Assembly: GCA_900546215.1 (NCBI GenBank)
Contig: URCD01000001.1
Location: 15,540-79,539, forward strand
Direction: 5' to 3'
Length of the DNA stretch: 64,000 bases
Source of the DNA: an uncultured Eubacteriales bacterium
GTDB lineage: Bacteria; Bacillota; Clostridia; Lachnospirales; Anaerotignaceae
The position numbers and the translations under genes were made by a program. Position 1 is the first letter of the stretch. Every line of letters starts with the position of its first letter. The notes beneath the pieces were generated by a model, which saw only the letters and a program-made list of their open reading frames with translations, did no database searches and was not told the DNA's origin. Shown piece by piece: positions 1 to 8,922 of the stretch.

Positions 1-447
1 ATGTCTGAAATCAACAGAGCGACATTTTATAAATATTATAATGACCCATTTGACCTGATGGAAAAAATTGAAGAAGAAATGCTGGAGGAGCTTGAGTTTT
101 TGACAGAACAGCCTAAGGAGGATAATTTGGCGGACAGCTTTATACTTATTCTTAAGAGGATTAGGCAGAATGAAGAACTATATCAATCGATTGTTTCTGA
201 AAACGGCGACTGCGAGTTTGCGGAAAGAATTTTTGACATATTTTACAAACGGACTGAAGTAAGCATGGACACGGAGTTTTCTCATATGACCGGTACGCAG
301 CGCGAGTGGCTTTATTATTATATGGCAAAAGGATGCAGCGGAGTTCTAGGAAGATGGATTAAAAATGACATGAGAGAGTCGGAGGCCGAGGTGGCGGTGT
401 TCATAAGCAGACTTGTGAATTCTATAAATAAGGAATTTAAAAAGTAA
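1..447 (+). CDS. TetR/AcrR-family transcriptional regulator, C-terminal part. The gene probably starts upstream of the window
   Basis: ORF is open from base 1. 'NRATFYKYY' resembles the end of a TetR HTH helix 3, followed by a helical ligand-binding domain. Stop at 445-447. Confidence 0.5.
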   Translation: MSEINRATFYKYYNDPFDLMEKIEEEMLEELEFLTEQPKEDNLADSFILILKRIRQNEELYQSIVSENGDCEFAERIFDIFYKRTEVSMDTEFSHMTGTQREWLYYYMAKGCSGVLGRWIKNDMRESEAEVAVFISRLVNSINKEFKK

Positions 448-487
448 CAGCCCTACGCTTTAAGCGTAAGGCTGTTTATTATTTTTT
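446..487. terminator. Bidirectional rho-independent terminator between convergent genes
   Basis: Hairpin cagccctacgc-tttaa-gcgtaaggctg, flanked by an A-run on the left and a T-run on the right. Confidence 0.6.
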
Positions 488-3037
488 CCTGCTGTAGGGC
501 GTATCCTCAAGAGGAAGCTTTGTTCTGAATTTACCGTCATAGTTATAATAAGCCAGCTGGACTGCTGGGGCTGTTGGGATTGAGGCTATTTCGCCTATTC
601 CTTTGGCGCCGTAGGCCAGTCCTCTTATTTTTTTGCCTATTGAAGCTGATTTTATTTCAGGAGTTTTATCAGCTCTGAAAAGTCCAAGACTTCCAAACCT
701 TGCGGCCGGCCTCCCCTCATTGAGAGGATAGTCCTCAGTAAGGGCGTAGCCGAGGCTCATGACAACGCCGCCCTCAATCTGGCCTTCCACAGACTTTGGA
801 TTTACCGGGGTTCCGACATCATGTACCGCCACAACCTGTTTAATTGTTCCGTTGTCATTCAGCTCTACAAGATGGGTTGCGTAGCCGTAGGCAATATGAC
901 TGATAGGATTTTCTTTGTCGGATCCAAGCTTATCAGTAACGCCGGTATATTCACCAAGAAATTCTCGGCCCTCAAGGGCTTCAAGAGAGCCTTCCTGCTC
1001 CATGGCCTCCTTAAGCGCCTTGGCGGCCCTTACCGCGGCCTCGCCTGTAAATAAGGTCTGGCGTGACGCGGTAGTATTGCCGGCATTGGGAGATGTTTTG
1101 GTGTCCGGTGTGTCATATGATATTCTGTCAGGTGAAATCCCCGTTGTTTCGCAGATCATTTGTACCTGTACAGTTCCCATTCCCTGTCCTATACAGGCAG
1201 CGCTGGAGGTAACGTGAATCTTACCTTCCTTTACTGTTATCCGGCATCTTCCAGTATCAGGTACGCCTACTCCTAAACCGCTATTTTTCAGCGCACATGC
1301 AATTCCCGCTTTGGGATTTTTTTCATATATATCCCTTACTGCATCAAGTGTTTCCACAAGTGCTGTGGTATCGTCTGCAATCTGCCCGTTGGGAAGTATG
1401 TTGCCCGGTCTCAGAGCATTGCGGTAGCGTATCTCAAAGGGGGTCAGCCCAGCCATTTCAGCCAGCTGGTTCAAGTTGCACTCTGTAGCAAAGCAGCTTT
1501 GCGTAACACCAAAGCCCCTGAACGCTCCGGCAGGAGGATTATTCGTATAATAAGCTTTTCCGGTTATATCAATAACCTGATAATTATACGGCCCGGCCGC
1601 ATGGGTACAGGCTCTCTGCAAGACGGGACCGCCGAGACTGGCGTAAGCCCCCGTATCTGATATTATTACCGCCTTCATAGCGGTTAGGTAACCGTTTTCA
1701 TCGCAGGCTGTTGTAAAATCCATTTCCATGGCGTGCCGTTTCGGATGGACAAGTATGCTTTCAGCTCTCGTTAGACGCACCTTGACAGGCCGGCCCGTGG
1801 CCTGCGCAAGCAGTGCTGCGTGGTGCTGTACGCTCATATCCTCTTTTCCGCCGAAGCCGCCGCCAACCATAGCCGCTGATACACGAACCTTTTCAATGGG
1901 AATGCCAAGTGCGTCAGAGCATTCACGCTGTGTTTGATATATGCCCTGGTCTCCGCTTATTATGTGTATACCGCCTTCCTCTGGATAGGCCACTGCGCAT
2001 TCCGGCTCCATAAACGCGTGCTCTGTAAAGGGTACGCTGTAGTGGTTTGTGACCTTGTATCTGCTTTTTGCGATTACCTCATCGGCGTTTCCGCGTACAA
2101 GGTGCTCGCTTGCCAAAAGGTTTCCATCCTCATGCACAAGCGGCGCGTTATCTTTCATTGCTTCATTTGGAGAAAACACTCCTTCAAGCGGCGCATACTC
2201 TACCTTGATAAGCTTTTTAGCCTGTTCAAGAATTTCAGCAGTTTCCGCCGCTATAAGCGCTATTGCATCTCCTAAATAGTGGGTAATTCCTCCAACAGGA
2301 ACCATGACATCCCAGTCACGCTTAAGATGTCCTACTTTTTTGGTTCCGGGAATGTCGGCCGCGGTCATTATACAGACAACGCCGTCCAGCTTTTCAGCCT
2401 CAGAGGTGTCAATGGAAAGCACCCTTGCTCTGGGATATTCGCTTCTAAGCGCTGAACCGGCAAGCATGTTTTCCATATAGTAATCGTCAGCATATTTGGC
2501 CTCGCCTGTAACCTTTGCGGCAGCATCAACACGGGCCATGCTCTCGCCTAAAAGGCCGGTAGAAACAGGCTCGTTTATTTCTGAATTTTCTCTGAATATT
2601 TCGGCGGCCATAAGTATGGCATCCTCGATTTTTTTGTAGCCGGTACAGCGGCATATATTATTTTTTATAGCCGTTTTTATATCATCTCTTGAGGGGCTTG
2701 GATTTTTATCCAGAAGAGCTTTGGCGCAGATAACCATGCCGGGTATACAAAATCCGCACTGAACCGCCCCTGCGTGGGAAAAGGCATAGCTGTATACAAC
2801 TTTTTCTCTGTCCGTTAAACCCTCAGTTGTGGTTATGCTTTTTCCGTCAAGGTTTTCAGTCTTCTGTACGCATGCCTTCTGCGCCCTTCCGTCTATAAGT
2901 ACGGTGCAGGTGCCGCAGGCTCCTTCCGCACAGCCGTTTTTCACGGAGGTAAGCCTGAGGCTGTCTCTTAAAAATGTCATTAGTCTTACGTTTTCGGTAA
3001 CTGTGTATGAAATGCCGTTTACTGTAAATACGGACAT
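479..3037 (-). CDS. xdhD: Xanthine-dehydrogenase-family molybdenum hydroxylase with an N-terminal [2Fe-2S] domain fused to a molybdopterin domain (XdhD-like). No FAD domain.
   Basis: N-terminus has the CAEGACGTC and CRCTGY 2Fe-2S motifs, followed by the aldehyde-oxidase/XDH hammerhead 'AAKVTGEAKYADD' and MoCo-binding regions. I prefer the start at 3037 (GGAGAGGAAG RBS 7 nt upstream); the longer ORF to 3070 has no RBS. Confidence 0.75.
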   Translation of the reverse strand: MSVFTVNGISYTVTENVRLMTFLRDSLRLTSVKNGCAEGACGTCTVLIDGRAQKACVQKTENLDGKSITTTEGLTDREKVVYSYAFSHAGAVQCGFCIPGMVICAKALLDKNPSPSRDDIKTAIKNNICRCTGYKKIEDAILMAAEIFRENSEINEPVSTGLLGESMARVDAAAKVTGEAKYADDYYMENMLAGSALRSEYPRARVLSIDTSEAEKLDGVVCIMTAADIPGTKKVGHLKRDWDVMVPVGGITHYLGDAIALIAAETAEILEQAKKLIKVEYAPLEGVFSPNEAMKDNAPLVHEDGNLLASEHLVRGNADEVIAKSRYKVTNHYSVPFTEHAFMEPECAVAYPEEGGIHIISGDQGIYQTQRECSDALGIPIEKVRVSAAMVGGGFGGKEDMSVQHHAALLAQATGRPVKVRLTRAESILVHPKRHAMEMDFTTACDENGYLTAMKAVIISDTGAYASLGGPVLQRACTHAAGPYNYQVIDITGKAYYTNNPPAGAFRGFGVTQSCFATECNLNQLAEMAGLTPFEIRYRNALRPGNILPNGQIADDTTALVETLDAVRDIYEKNPKAGIACALKNSGLGVGVPDTGRCRITVKEGKIHVTSSAACIGQGMGTVQVQMICETTGISPDRISYDTPDTKTSPNAGNTTASRQTLFTGEAAVRAAKALKEAMEQEGSLEALEGREFLGEYTGVTDKLGSDKENPISHIAYGYATHLVELNDNGTIKQVVAVHDVGTPVNPKSVEGQIEGGVVMSLGYALTEDYPLNEGRPAARFGSLGLFRADKTPEIKSASIGKKIRGLAYGAKGIGEIASIPTAPAVQLAYYNYDGKFRTKLPLEDTPYSRKK

Positions 3038-3149
3038 AGTATCGCTTCCTCTCCGTTTTATTATATTCATGTTATCATTTTAAACAGCGTTATTCAAGGC
3101 CGTTGACAATAGTGCGTTATTCTAAATTGAGGATAATGCATTTTCTGAC

Positions 3150-3195
3150 AACGCCTTTATTTACTTTGAGTTTAATGATATAATTTTATAATCAA
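3150..3195 (+). promoter_or_regulatory. Candidate sigma-A promoter region for xdhA (extended -10 'tgatataat')
   Basis: TGnTATAAT-like element at 3176-3184, plus a second tataat at 3187-3192. It sits in the 206-bp divergent region between the two hydroxylase genes. Confidence 0.3.
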
Positions 3196-3243
3196 AAAAA
3201 GTATTGTGGTAAGACATATATATAGACAAAGGGGTGAATAAAT

Positions 3244-5526
3244 ATGGCTGTTGGTGTAAGCGAGAAGCGCGTTGATGCCTTTGAAAAGGTAACAGGACGC
3301 GCTAAATATACCGATGATATGACTGAAAAAAATTTTTTGGTGGCTAAGGTATTCAGGTCCACAATAGCTAATGGAGTCGTAAAATCTCTGGATATTTCCG
3401 AGGCGGAAAAGATACCAGGTGTTGTCAGGATAATTACCTGTTTTGACGTGCCGCAGTATAAATTTCCCACAGCGGGACATCCGTGGTCAACAGACCCACA
3501 TCATCAGGACGTTGCCGACAGGCTTCTGCTAACAAGCAGAGTCAGATATTACGGTGACGATGTTGCCGCTGTAATTGCCGAGGACGAGGTTTCCGCAAAC
3601 CGCGCTTTAAGAGCAATAAAGGCTGAGTATGAGGAGTACCCCTTCGTCCTTGACCAGATAGAGGCTATGCAGGACGGGGCTCCCCAGATACATGAGGAAT
3701 ATAAGAACAATATACTTGCCCATACTCAAATGAAAAAAGGAAATTATGATGAGGCAGCGAAAGAGGAAGGGCTTATAAAGTTTGAGGGCTGGTATGACAC
3801 TCCTACTGTTCAGCACTGCCATATGGAAAACCATATATGCTACGCCTATGAGGAAGCTGGAAGGATAGTCGTTGTGTCCTCGACGCAGATACCGCATATA
3901 GTACGCCGTGTTGTAGGTCAGGCGCTGGGAATTCCCTGGGGTAAGGTAAGGATTATTAAGCCTTATATCGGCGGAGGTTTTGGAAACAAGCAGGACGCGC
4001 TGTATGAGCCTCTGTGCGCATACCTTACAACGCAGGTAGGAGGAAGACCGGTAAAAATTGATATGACAAGGGAGGAAACCTTTGCCTGCAACCGTGTACG
4101 CCACGCCATAAGAGTACATCTTATTACATACGCAAGGCCGGACGGAACATTTGTGGCAAGAAAATGCGAGTCATTCTCAAACCAGGGAGCCTATACCTCC
4201 CATGGGCACAGTATAGCAGCTAAAGGTATTTCCGCATTCAGCCAGATATATAAATGCGATGCCTATGAGGCAGACGCTTATTCAATATATACAAACAGGG
4301 CGACAGCGGGAGCCATGAGAGCCTATGGAATACCTCAGATTACCTTCGCCATGGAAAGCCATGTGGAGGACATTGCGAAAAAGCTTGGCATTGACTCAAT
4401 TAAGCTGCGTCAGAAAAATATGATGGAGGTCGGGTTTAAGGACGATTTCTCGAAGAATGAAAATTACTTTGACAGTCTTAACCAATGTATTGCCAAGGGC
4501 AGGGAATATATACACTGGGACGAGAAGCTGGAGAAATATAAAAATCAGACCGGCCCGGTTCGCAGAGGAATCGGAATGTCAATATTCTGGTACAATACGG
4601 CCGTGTGGCCTATATCGCTTGAGACCAGCGCATGCCGTATGGTGCTTAACCAGGACGGCTCCATACAGCTTCAGGTAGCTGAAACAGAAATTGGACAGGG
4701 AGCTGATACGGTATTTGCACAGATGGCTTCAGAGGCGCTTGGCATTAAATTTGAGGATGTGCATGTAATATCAACGCAGGATACCGATGTTACGCCCTTC
4801 GGTACAGGCGCTTATGCTTCTAGGCAGACCTACGTGGCTGGTTTCTCAATCAAACAGACAGCGGACCTTTTAAAGGATAAAATACTTGGTCATGCACAGG
4901 AGCTTACGAGAATGCCCAAGGCAAATCTTGATATAATAGATGGAAATATTGTTAGAGTATCTGACGGACGCGCGCTTATGACACTGGGTGATTTGGCTAA
5001 CGAGGTGCTTTACAGCCTTACAAACTGCGAGCATATTACAGCCGAAAGTACATATCAGATTAAGAGCAACGCCTATTCCTTTGGTTGTTGTTTTGCGGAG
5101 GTTGAGGTTGATATACCGCTCTGCAGGGTAAACGTACTGGATATCATAAACGTGCATGACTGCGGCAAGCTTATTAATCCTCAGCTTGCTGAAGCACAGG
5201 TTCACGGCGGAATGAGCATGGCAATAGGATACGCCCTGAGCGAGCAGCTTTTATATGACGAAAAGACAGGAAAACCGTTAAATAATAACCTTCTTGATTA
5301 TAAGCTGTGTACAACGATGGATCATCCTCATTTGGAGGCGCAGTTTGTTGAAAATTATGAGCCAACCAGTGCATTTGGTACAAAGGCTCTTGGGGAACCC
5401 CCGGCGGTTCCGGCTGCTCCTGCCATAAGAAATGCAGTTTTGAACGCAACGGGAGTATCCATGTATAAACTTCCTCTTAACCCGCATAATCTTTTTGTGC
5501 GTTTTAAAGAAGAAGGACTTATTTAA
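3244..5526 (+). CDS. xdhA: Xanthine dehydrogenase family, molybdopterin-binding large subunit
   Basis: 760 aa. N-terminal 'RVDAFEKVTGRAKYTDD' is the a/b hammerhead signature, followed by MoCo-binding domains. RBS aaaggggtg. Confidence 0.8.
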   Translation: MAVGVSEKRVDAFEKVTGRAKYTDDMTEKNFLVAKVFRSTIANGVVKSLDISEAEKIPGVVRIITCFDVPQYKFPTAGHPWSTDPHHQDVADRLLLTSRVRYYGDDVAAVIAEDEVSANRALRAIKAEYEEYPFVLDQIEAMQDGAPQIHEEYKNNILAHTQMKKGNYDEAAKEEGLIKFEGWYDTPTVQHCHMENHICYAYEEAGRIVVVSSTQIPHIVRRVVGQALGIPWGKVRIIKPYIGGGFGNKQDALYEPLCAYLTTQVGGRPVKIDMTREETFACNRVRHAIRVHLITYARPDGTFVARKCESFSNQGAYTSHGHSIAAKGISAFSQIYKCDAYEADAYSIYTNRATAGAMRAYGIPQITFAMESHVEDIAKKLGIDSIKLRQKNMMEVGFKDDFSKNENYFDSLNQCIAKGREYIHWDEKLEKYKNQTGPVRRGIGMSIFWYNTAVWPISLETSACRMVLNQDGSIQLQVAETEIGQGADTVFAQMASEALGIKFEDVHVISTQDTDVTPFGTGAYASRQTYVAGFSIKQTADLLKDKILGHAQELTRMPKANLDIIDGNIVRVSDGRALMTLGDLANEVLYSLTNCEHITAESTYQIKSNAYSFGCCFAEVEVDIPLCRVNVLDIINVHDCGKLINPQLAEAQVHGGMSMAIGYALSEQLLYDEKTGKPLNNNLLDYKLCTTMDHPHLEAQFVENYEPTSAFGTKALGEPPAVPAAPAIRNAVLNATGVSMYKLPLNPHNLFVRFKEEGLI

Positions 5527-5541
5527 GGGGAGGTATGACAG

Positions 5542-6423
5542 ATGTATGATATAAAAGCGTTATATGAGGCGCAGTCGGTATCCGATGCTGTGAAGCTCCT
5601 TACGGAACACCCGGATGCCGTTGTAATAGCAGGCGGAAGCGATGTGCTGATAAAGATGAGAGAAGGCAAGCTTGCAGGCTGTGAGCTTGTAAGCATATAC
5701 GGCCTTGACGAGCTTAGGGGAGTAAGGCTTGAGGAGGACGGAACAATCCGTATACTTCCTCTGACAAGCTTTTCGCATATAACAAAAAACGACATAATTC
5801 AAAAATATATAAATGTGCTTGGCGAGGCTGTGGATATGGTAGGCGGCCCGCAGATAAGAAATATCGGAACAATCGGCGGAAATACCTGCAACGGTGTTAC
5901 CTCGGCTGATTCCGCGTCAACGCTTCATGCCTATGACGCTGTTATGGAAATAACGGGGCCTGACGGAATCAGGCAGATTCCTATTCACGATTTTTATATA
6001 AGCGCCGGCAAGGTAGACCTGAAGCATAACGAGCTGCTTACTTCAATACTTATAAAAAAAGAAAGCTATGAAAACTGCTTTGGCCACTACATAAAATACG
6101 CAATGAGAAACGCCATGGATATAGCCACAACTGGATGTTCAGCCAACGTTAAGCTTTCATCGGATAAAAAGACCTTTGAAAGAGTACGTATAGCATATGG
6201 GGTTGCTGCTCCAGTTCCCGTCAGGGCGAAAAGTGCTGAGGATTTTATAAACGGCAGGGCAGTTACGCAGGATACTGTAGACGAGTGTGCAAAGCTTGCC
6301 TTGAATGACGTTAATCCAAGAACAAGCTGGAGAGCCTCAAAGGAGCTGAGACTGCAGCTTATAGAGGAACTTTCAAAAAGGGCTGTTACTGAGGCTGTAA
6401 AGCTGGCTGGAGGTGAGCTGTGA
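5542..6423 (+). CDS. xdhB: Xanthine dehydrogenase family FAD-binding subunit (CoxM/XdhB-like)
   Basis: 293 aa. 'VIAGGSDVLIKMREG' and 'GTIGGN' FAD-binding molybdopterin-dehydrogenase motifs. RBS ggggaggt. Confidence 0.75.
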   Translation: MYDIKALYEAQSVSDAVKLLTEHPDAVVIAGGSDVLIKMREGKLAGCELVSIYGLDELRGVRLEEDGTIRILPLTSFSHITKNDIIQKYINVLGEAVDMVGGPQIRNIGTIGGNTCNGVTSADSASTLHAYDAVMEITGPDGIRQIPIHDFYISAGKVDLKHNELLTSILIKKESYENCFGHYIKYAMRNAMDIATTGCSANVKLSSDKKTFERVRIAYGVAAPVPVRAKSAEDFINGRAVTQDTVDECAKLALNDVNPRTSWRASKELRLQLIEELSKRAVTEAVKLAGGEL

Positions 6424-6908
6424 TGCAGAGAAAGCTTGTAAAATGCACTATTAACGGAAAGTATACCGAGACTATGGTAGATGTAAGGGCATCCCTTACG
6501 GATATGCTCAGAAACGATTACAGGCTTACGTCGGTCAAAAAGGGCTGCGAGGTGGGCGAGTGCGGCGCGTGCAACGTCCTTATAGATGGGGAGTGCTTTA
6601 ACTCCTGTATTTACCTTGCGGTTTGGGCAGACGGAAAGGAAGTCAGAACCCTTGAAAGCCTGCTTGGACCTAATGGAGAGCTTTCAGATATACAGCAGGC
6701 GTTTATCGACGAAGGGGCTGTTCAGTGCGGTTTTTGTACTCCAGGGTTTATAATGTCTGCCGTTGAAATACTTGAGAGCGGAAAAAGGTACTCAAGAGAC
6801 GAGCTGAAAAAACTGCTTTCAGGGCATCTTTGCCGATGTACTGGATACGAAAATATAATTAATGCGGTAGAAAAGACAATGTTAAGCAGACTGGAAAATA
6901 AACAGTAA
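6423..6908 (+). CDS. xdhC: Xanthine dehydrogenase family [2Fe-2S] small subunit
   Basis: 162 aa. The CEVGECGAC, QCGFCTPG and CRCTGY cysteine motifs are present. The ATG overlaps the xdhB stop (TGATG). RBS ggaggtgag. Confidence 0.8.
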   Translation: MQRKLVKCTINGKYTETMVDVRASLTDMLRNDYRLTSVKKGCEVGECGACNVLIDGECFNSCIYLAVWADGKEVRTLESLLGPNGELSDIQQAFIDEGAVQCGFCTPGFIMSAVEILESGKRYSRDELKKLLSGHLCRCTGYENIINAVEKTMLSRLENKQ

Positions 6909-6940
6909 AATGTTTATAAATTTGATGAGCTTCAAAGTAA

Positions 6941-6970
6941 GGCGGATATTATATATCCGTCTTTTTTGTT
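6941..6970 (+). terminator. Rho-independent terminator after xdhC
   Basis: ggcggatat-tat-atatccgtc followed by ttttttgtt. Confidence 0.6.
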
Positions 6971-7433
6971 GCTCGGTAAAAAATTCCTTTATTAAACTAA
7001 AATTTTATATGTTACAAAAAACAATTGTATATAAAATAAAAGGTGGAAATATCGTAAAATAATTCTTTTTTCGTATTATTTAACTTAATTTTGTCGGGAT
7101 AAGTGTGCAAAATCCCGTATTCTATTGACGAAAGTTGAAATATTTAATAAGCTTTATAAAAATACAGAAGGCGTTAAGCCGACTGACACAATTTAATATT
7201 GAAACATAATCCGAAGCCTGGTCCGAAAGAAAGGAGAAGAGCAGAGCGGCCAACCGGCCGCCATAGGAAGAATGAGAGCGGATTTTGTTCAGATATAAAA
7301 GAAACGGCCAAAACACAACAATTCCCCAAAAGCTGTGTTTTTGCCTGCGCTTTTTTGATGAATAAAACCCCTCTAAATTTTCCTCTGCTCACTTCAGCAA
7401 GACCAGGCTTTTTATATTTATTCATAGCTTGGG

Positions 7434-7467
7434 ACAACTTTTAGTTGGGGAATACAATTTTTAGTTG
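7434..7467 (+). promoter_or_regulatory. Tandem direct repeat ACAAyTTTTAGTTG x2, immediately upstream of the enolase-superfamily gene
   Basis: acaacttttagttg (7433-7446) and acaatttttagttg (7454-7467), 8 bp apart, ending 18 nt before the start codon. Confidence 0.3.
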
Positions 7468-7485
7468 TAAAGGATGGTGTTTCAA

Positions 7486-8652
7486 ATGAAAATTGCAGAA
7501 ATCAAAACTTATCCGCTTATGTACATGAAGGAATCTCCTAAAATACCCAGGACATTTCTTCTTTGTAAAATAACAACCGACGACGGGCTGGTGGGCTGGG
7601 GAGAGGCAAGCTCGGCGTACGGTCATTCTTATCCTCTTGTTGTCAAAGAAATCATCGACCACACTCTCTCCAGACTTGTTATAGGAGAGGATCCCCGGGA
7701 TATCGAAAAACTTGTGTCTAAAATGCGCACATGGATATGGGGATACCTCGGCCCTGTGGGAGTTTCAAATCAGGCTATTGCCGCCGTTGAAATTGCCATG
7801 TGGGATATTGTCGGAAAGGCAGCAGGACAGCCGGTGTATAAGCTGCTTGGAGCATTTAGGGACGAAATTGAGATTTACGGGACGGGCTGTACAAATTTTG
7901 ATGTGGATTATGAATGGCACAGGGAGTTTTTCAGACCATTGCTTGAGGCAGGATTTAAGGGGGTAAAATGCCGTGTAGGAAAAAGCAAGGATTGGGATGA
8001 GGCCTTTGTAGCCAACATCCGTGAGTTTATAGGCGACAACAAAAAGTTGTTTATTGATGCGTATATGACGTATACCCCGGAGACCGCATTTGAGATGGCA
8101 GGAAGATTTGCCGGCTATAAGCCTTATTTCTTTGAGGAGCCTATATCACAGTATGACCTTGAATCCTTGGAGAAAATATCTAAAGAGTCCCCTGTTCCTA
8201 TTGCACTGGGGGAACGTGTGACATCTCTTTATGAGTTCAAAAATCTCAGGGAAAAGCATATAGGCCAGATATGGCAGCCGGACGCATGCATAGCCGGAGG
8301 AATATCCGAGGCGAAAAAAATCTGCGCTTTAGGCGAGGCATACAGCATAGAATGCATACCTCATATAGGGGGCATAACGGCTGTAGGTATAGCCGCAAAC
8401 TTAAACCTTGCGCTTTCATGCAGAAATGTTAAGCAGCTTGAGGTTGATGGCGCTATGCTTCAGCCTATGAGGGATGACATAATAGAGGACGACATTTTTA
8501 ACATTGTAAGGATTAAGGATGGAATGCTAAGGCCATCGGGCAGGCCCGGGCTGGGAATAGAAATAAGGGAAGATGTGCTTAAGGATTTTAAATATGAGAG
8601 AGGTCCTGTTTATCCCGATTTCTATCCGCAGTATGGTTCTGGCATACTCTAA
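7486..8652 (+). CDS. Enolase-superfamily enzyme (mandelate racemase / muconate lactonizing enzyme family; dehydratase-like)
   Basis: 'MKIAEIKTYPL', 'VGWGEASS' and the MR/MLE fold pattern. ATG 7486 is preferred over 7474 because of AGGA spacing. Confidence 0.7.
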   Translation: MKIAEIKTYPLMYMKESPKIPRTFLLCKITTDDGLVGWGEASSAYGHSYPLVVKEIIDHTLSRLVIGEDPRDIEKLVSKMRTWIWGYLGPVGVSNQAIAAVEIAMWDIVGKAAGQPVYKLLGAFRDEIEIYGTGCTNFDVDYEWHREFFRPLLEAGFKGVKCRVGKSKDWDEAFVANIREFIGDNKKLFIDAYMTYTPETAFEMAGRFAGYKPYFFEEPISQYDLESLEKISKESPVPIALGERVTSLYEFKNLREKHIGQIWQPDACIAGGISEAKKICALGEAYSIECIPHIGGITAVGIAANLNLALSCRNVKQLEVDGAMLQPMRDDIIEDDIFNIVRIKDGMLRPSGRPGLGIEIREDVLKDFKYERGPVYPDFYPQYGSGIL

Positions 8653-8708
8653 AAAATTTTTATAGAACCAAAACAATATTTTTATGCCGATAAATAAGGG
8701 ATTTTGTA

Positions 8709-8737
8709 TTGACAAAAATATTTTTGTAAAATATAAT
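8709..8737 (+). promoter_or_regulatory. Consensus sigma-A promoter (TTGACA-17-TATAAT) driving the nucleoside-transporter operon
   Basis: ttgaca at 8709-8714, an exact 17-nt spacer, tataat at 8732-8737. About 185-nt leader before the first CDS. Confidence 0.65.
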
Positions 8738-8922
8738 AATTAAAACTTTTATAAATGAGTAATTTGTGATATAATAAAATATTACGCATTTTTATAAAGG
8801 GCTATGAGTCGGTTAGATGACAATGACGTCGTTGCTTTTAAGTAACGGCGTTTTTTGCAAGTTGGACGCTGTTAATTATTGTGTCAAAGGGGCGCAATGA
8901 GGATATAGAAAGGGAGGATAAA

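Noticed and set aside
821-3083. Plus-strand ORFs (821-1054, 915-1217, 1297-1488, 1728-1937, 1934-2275, 2049-2279, 2829-3083) overlapping the xdhD-like gene
   Set aside because: They lie opposite a long, motif-rich minus-strand CDS. They are Ala/Ser/Pro-rich translations typical of the antisense frame of a GC-richer gene, with no start signals.
3172-5487. Several 60-170-aa antisense or embedded ORFs inside xdhA in the six-frame track (3172-3480, 3192-3470, 3607-4119, 4870-5205, 5174-5449, 5278-5487)
   Set aside because: They are fully contained in the 760-aa MoCo-subunit gene, which has clear family motifs. They have no RBS and low-complexity or odd composition. These are typical shadow ORFs.
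7122-7444. Three overlapping ORFs (7122-7316 minus, 7174-7437 minus, 7199-7444 plus) in the long intergenic region
   Set aside because: No ribosome-binding sites. They overlap one another, with a Lys/Arg-rich or low-complexity composition. They are more likely untranslated leader or regulatory DNA.
8881-8922. GTG-extended N-terminus of the BMP lipoprotein (ORF track start 8881); likewise the extended N-termini at 50970, 32399, 42084, 22040, 23979, 63244 and 28693
   Set aside because: In each case an internal ATG/GTG is preceded at 5-9 nt by a strong AGGAGG-type Shine-Dalgarno and/or gives a canonical family N-terminus (signal peptide, HTH, P-loop). The extensions lack an RBS and overlap upstream genes.
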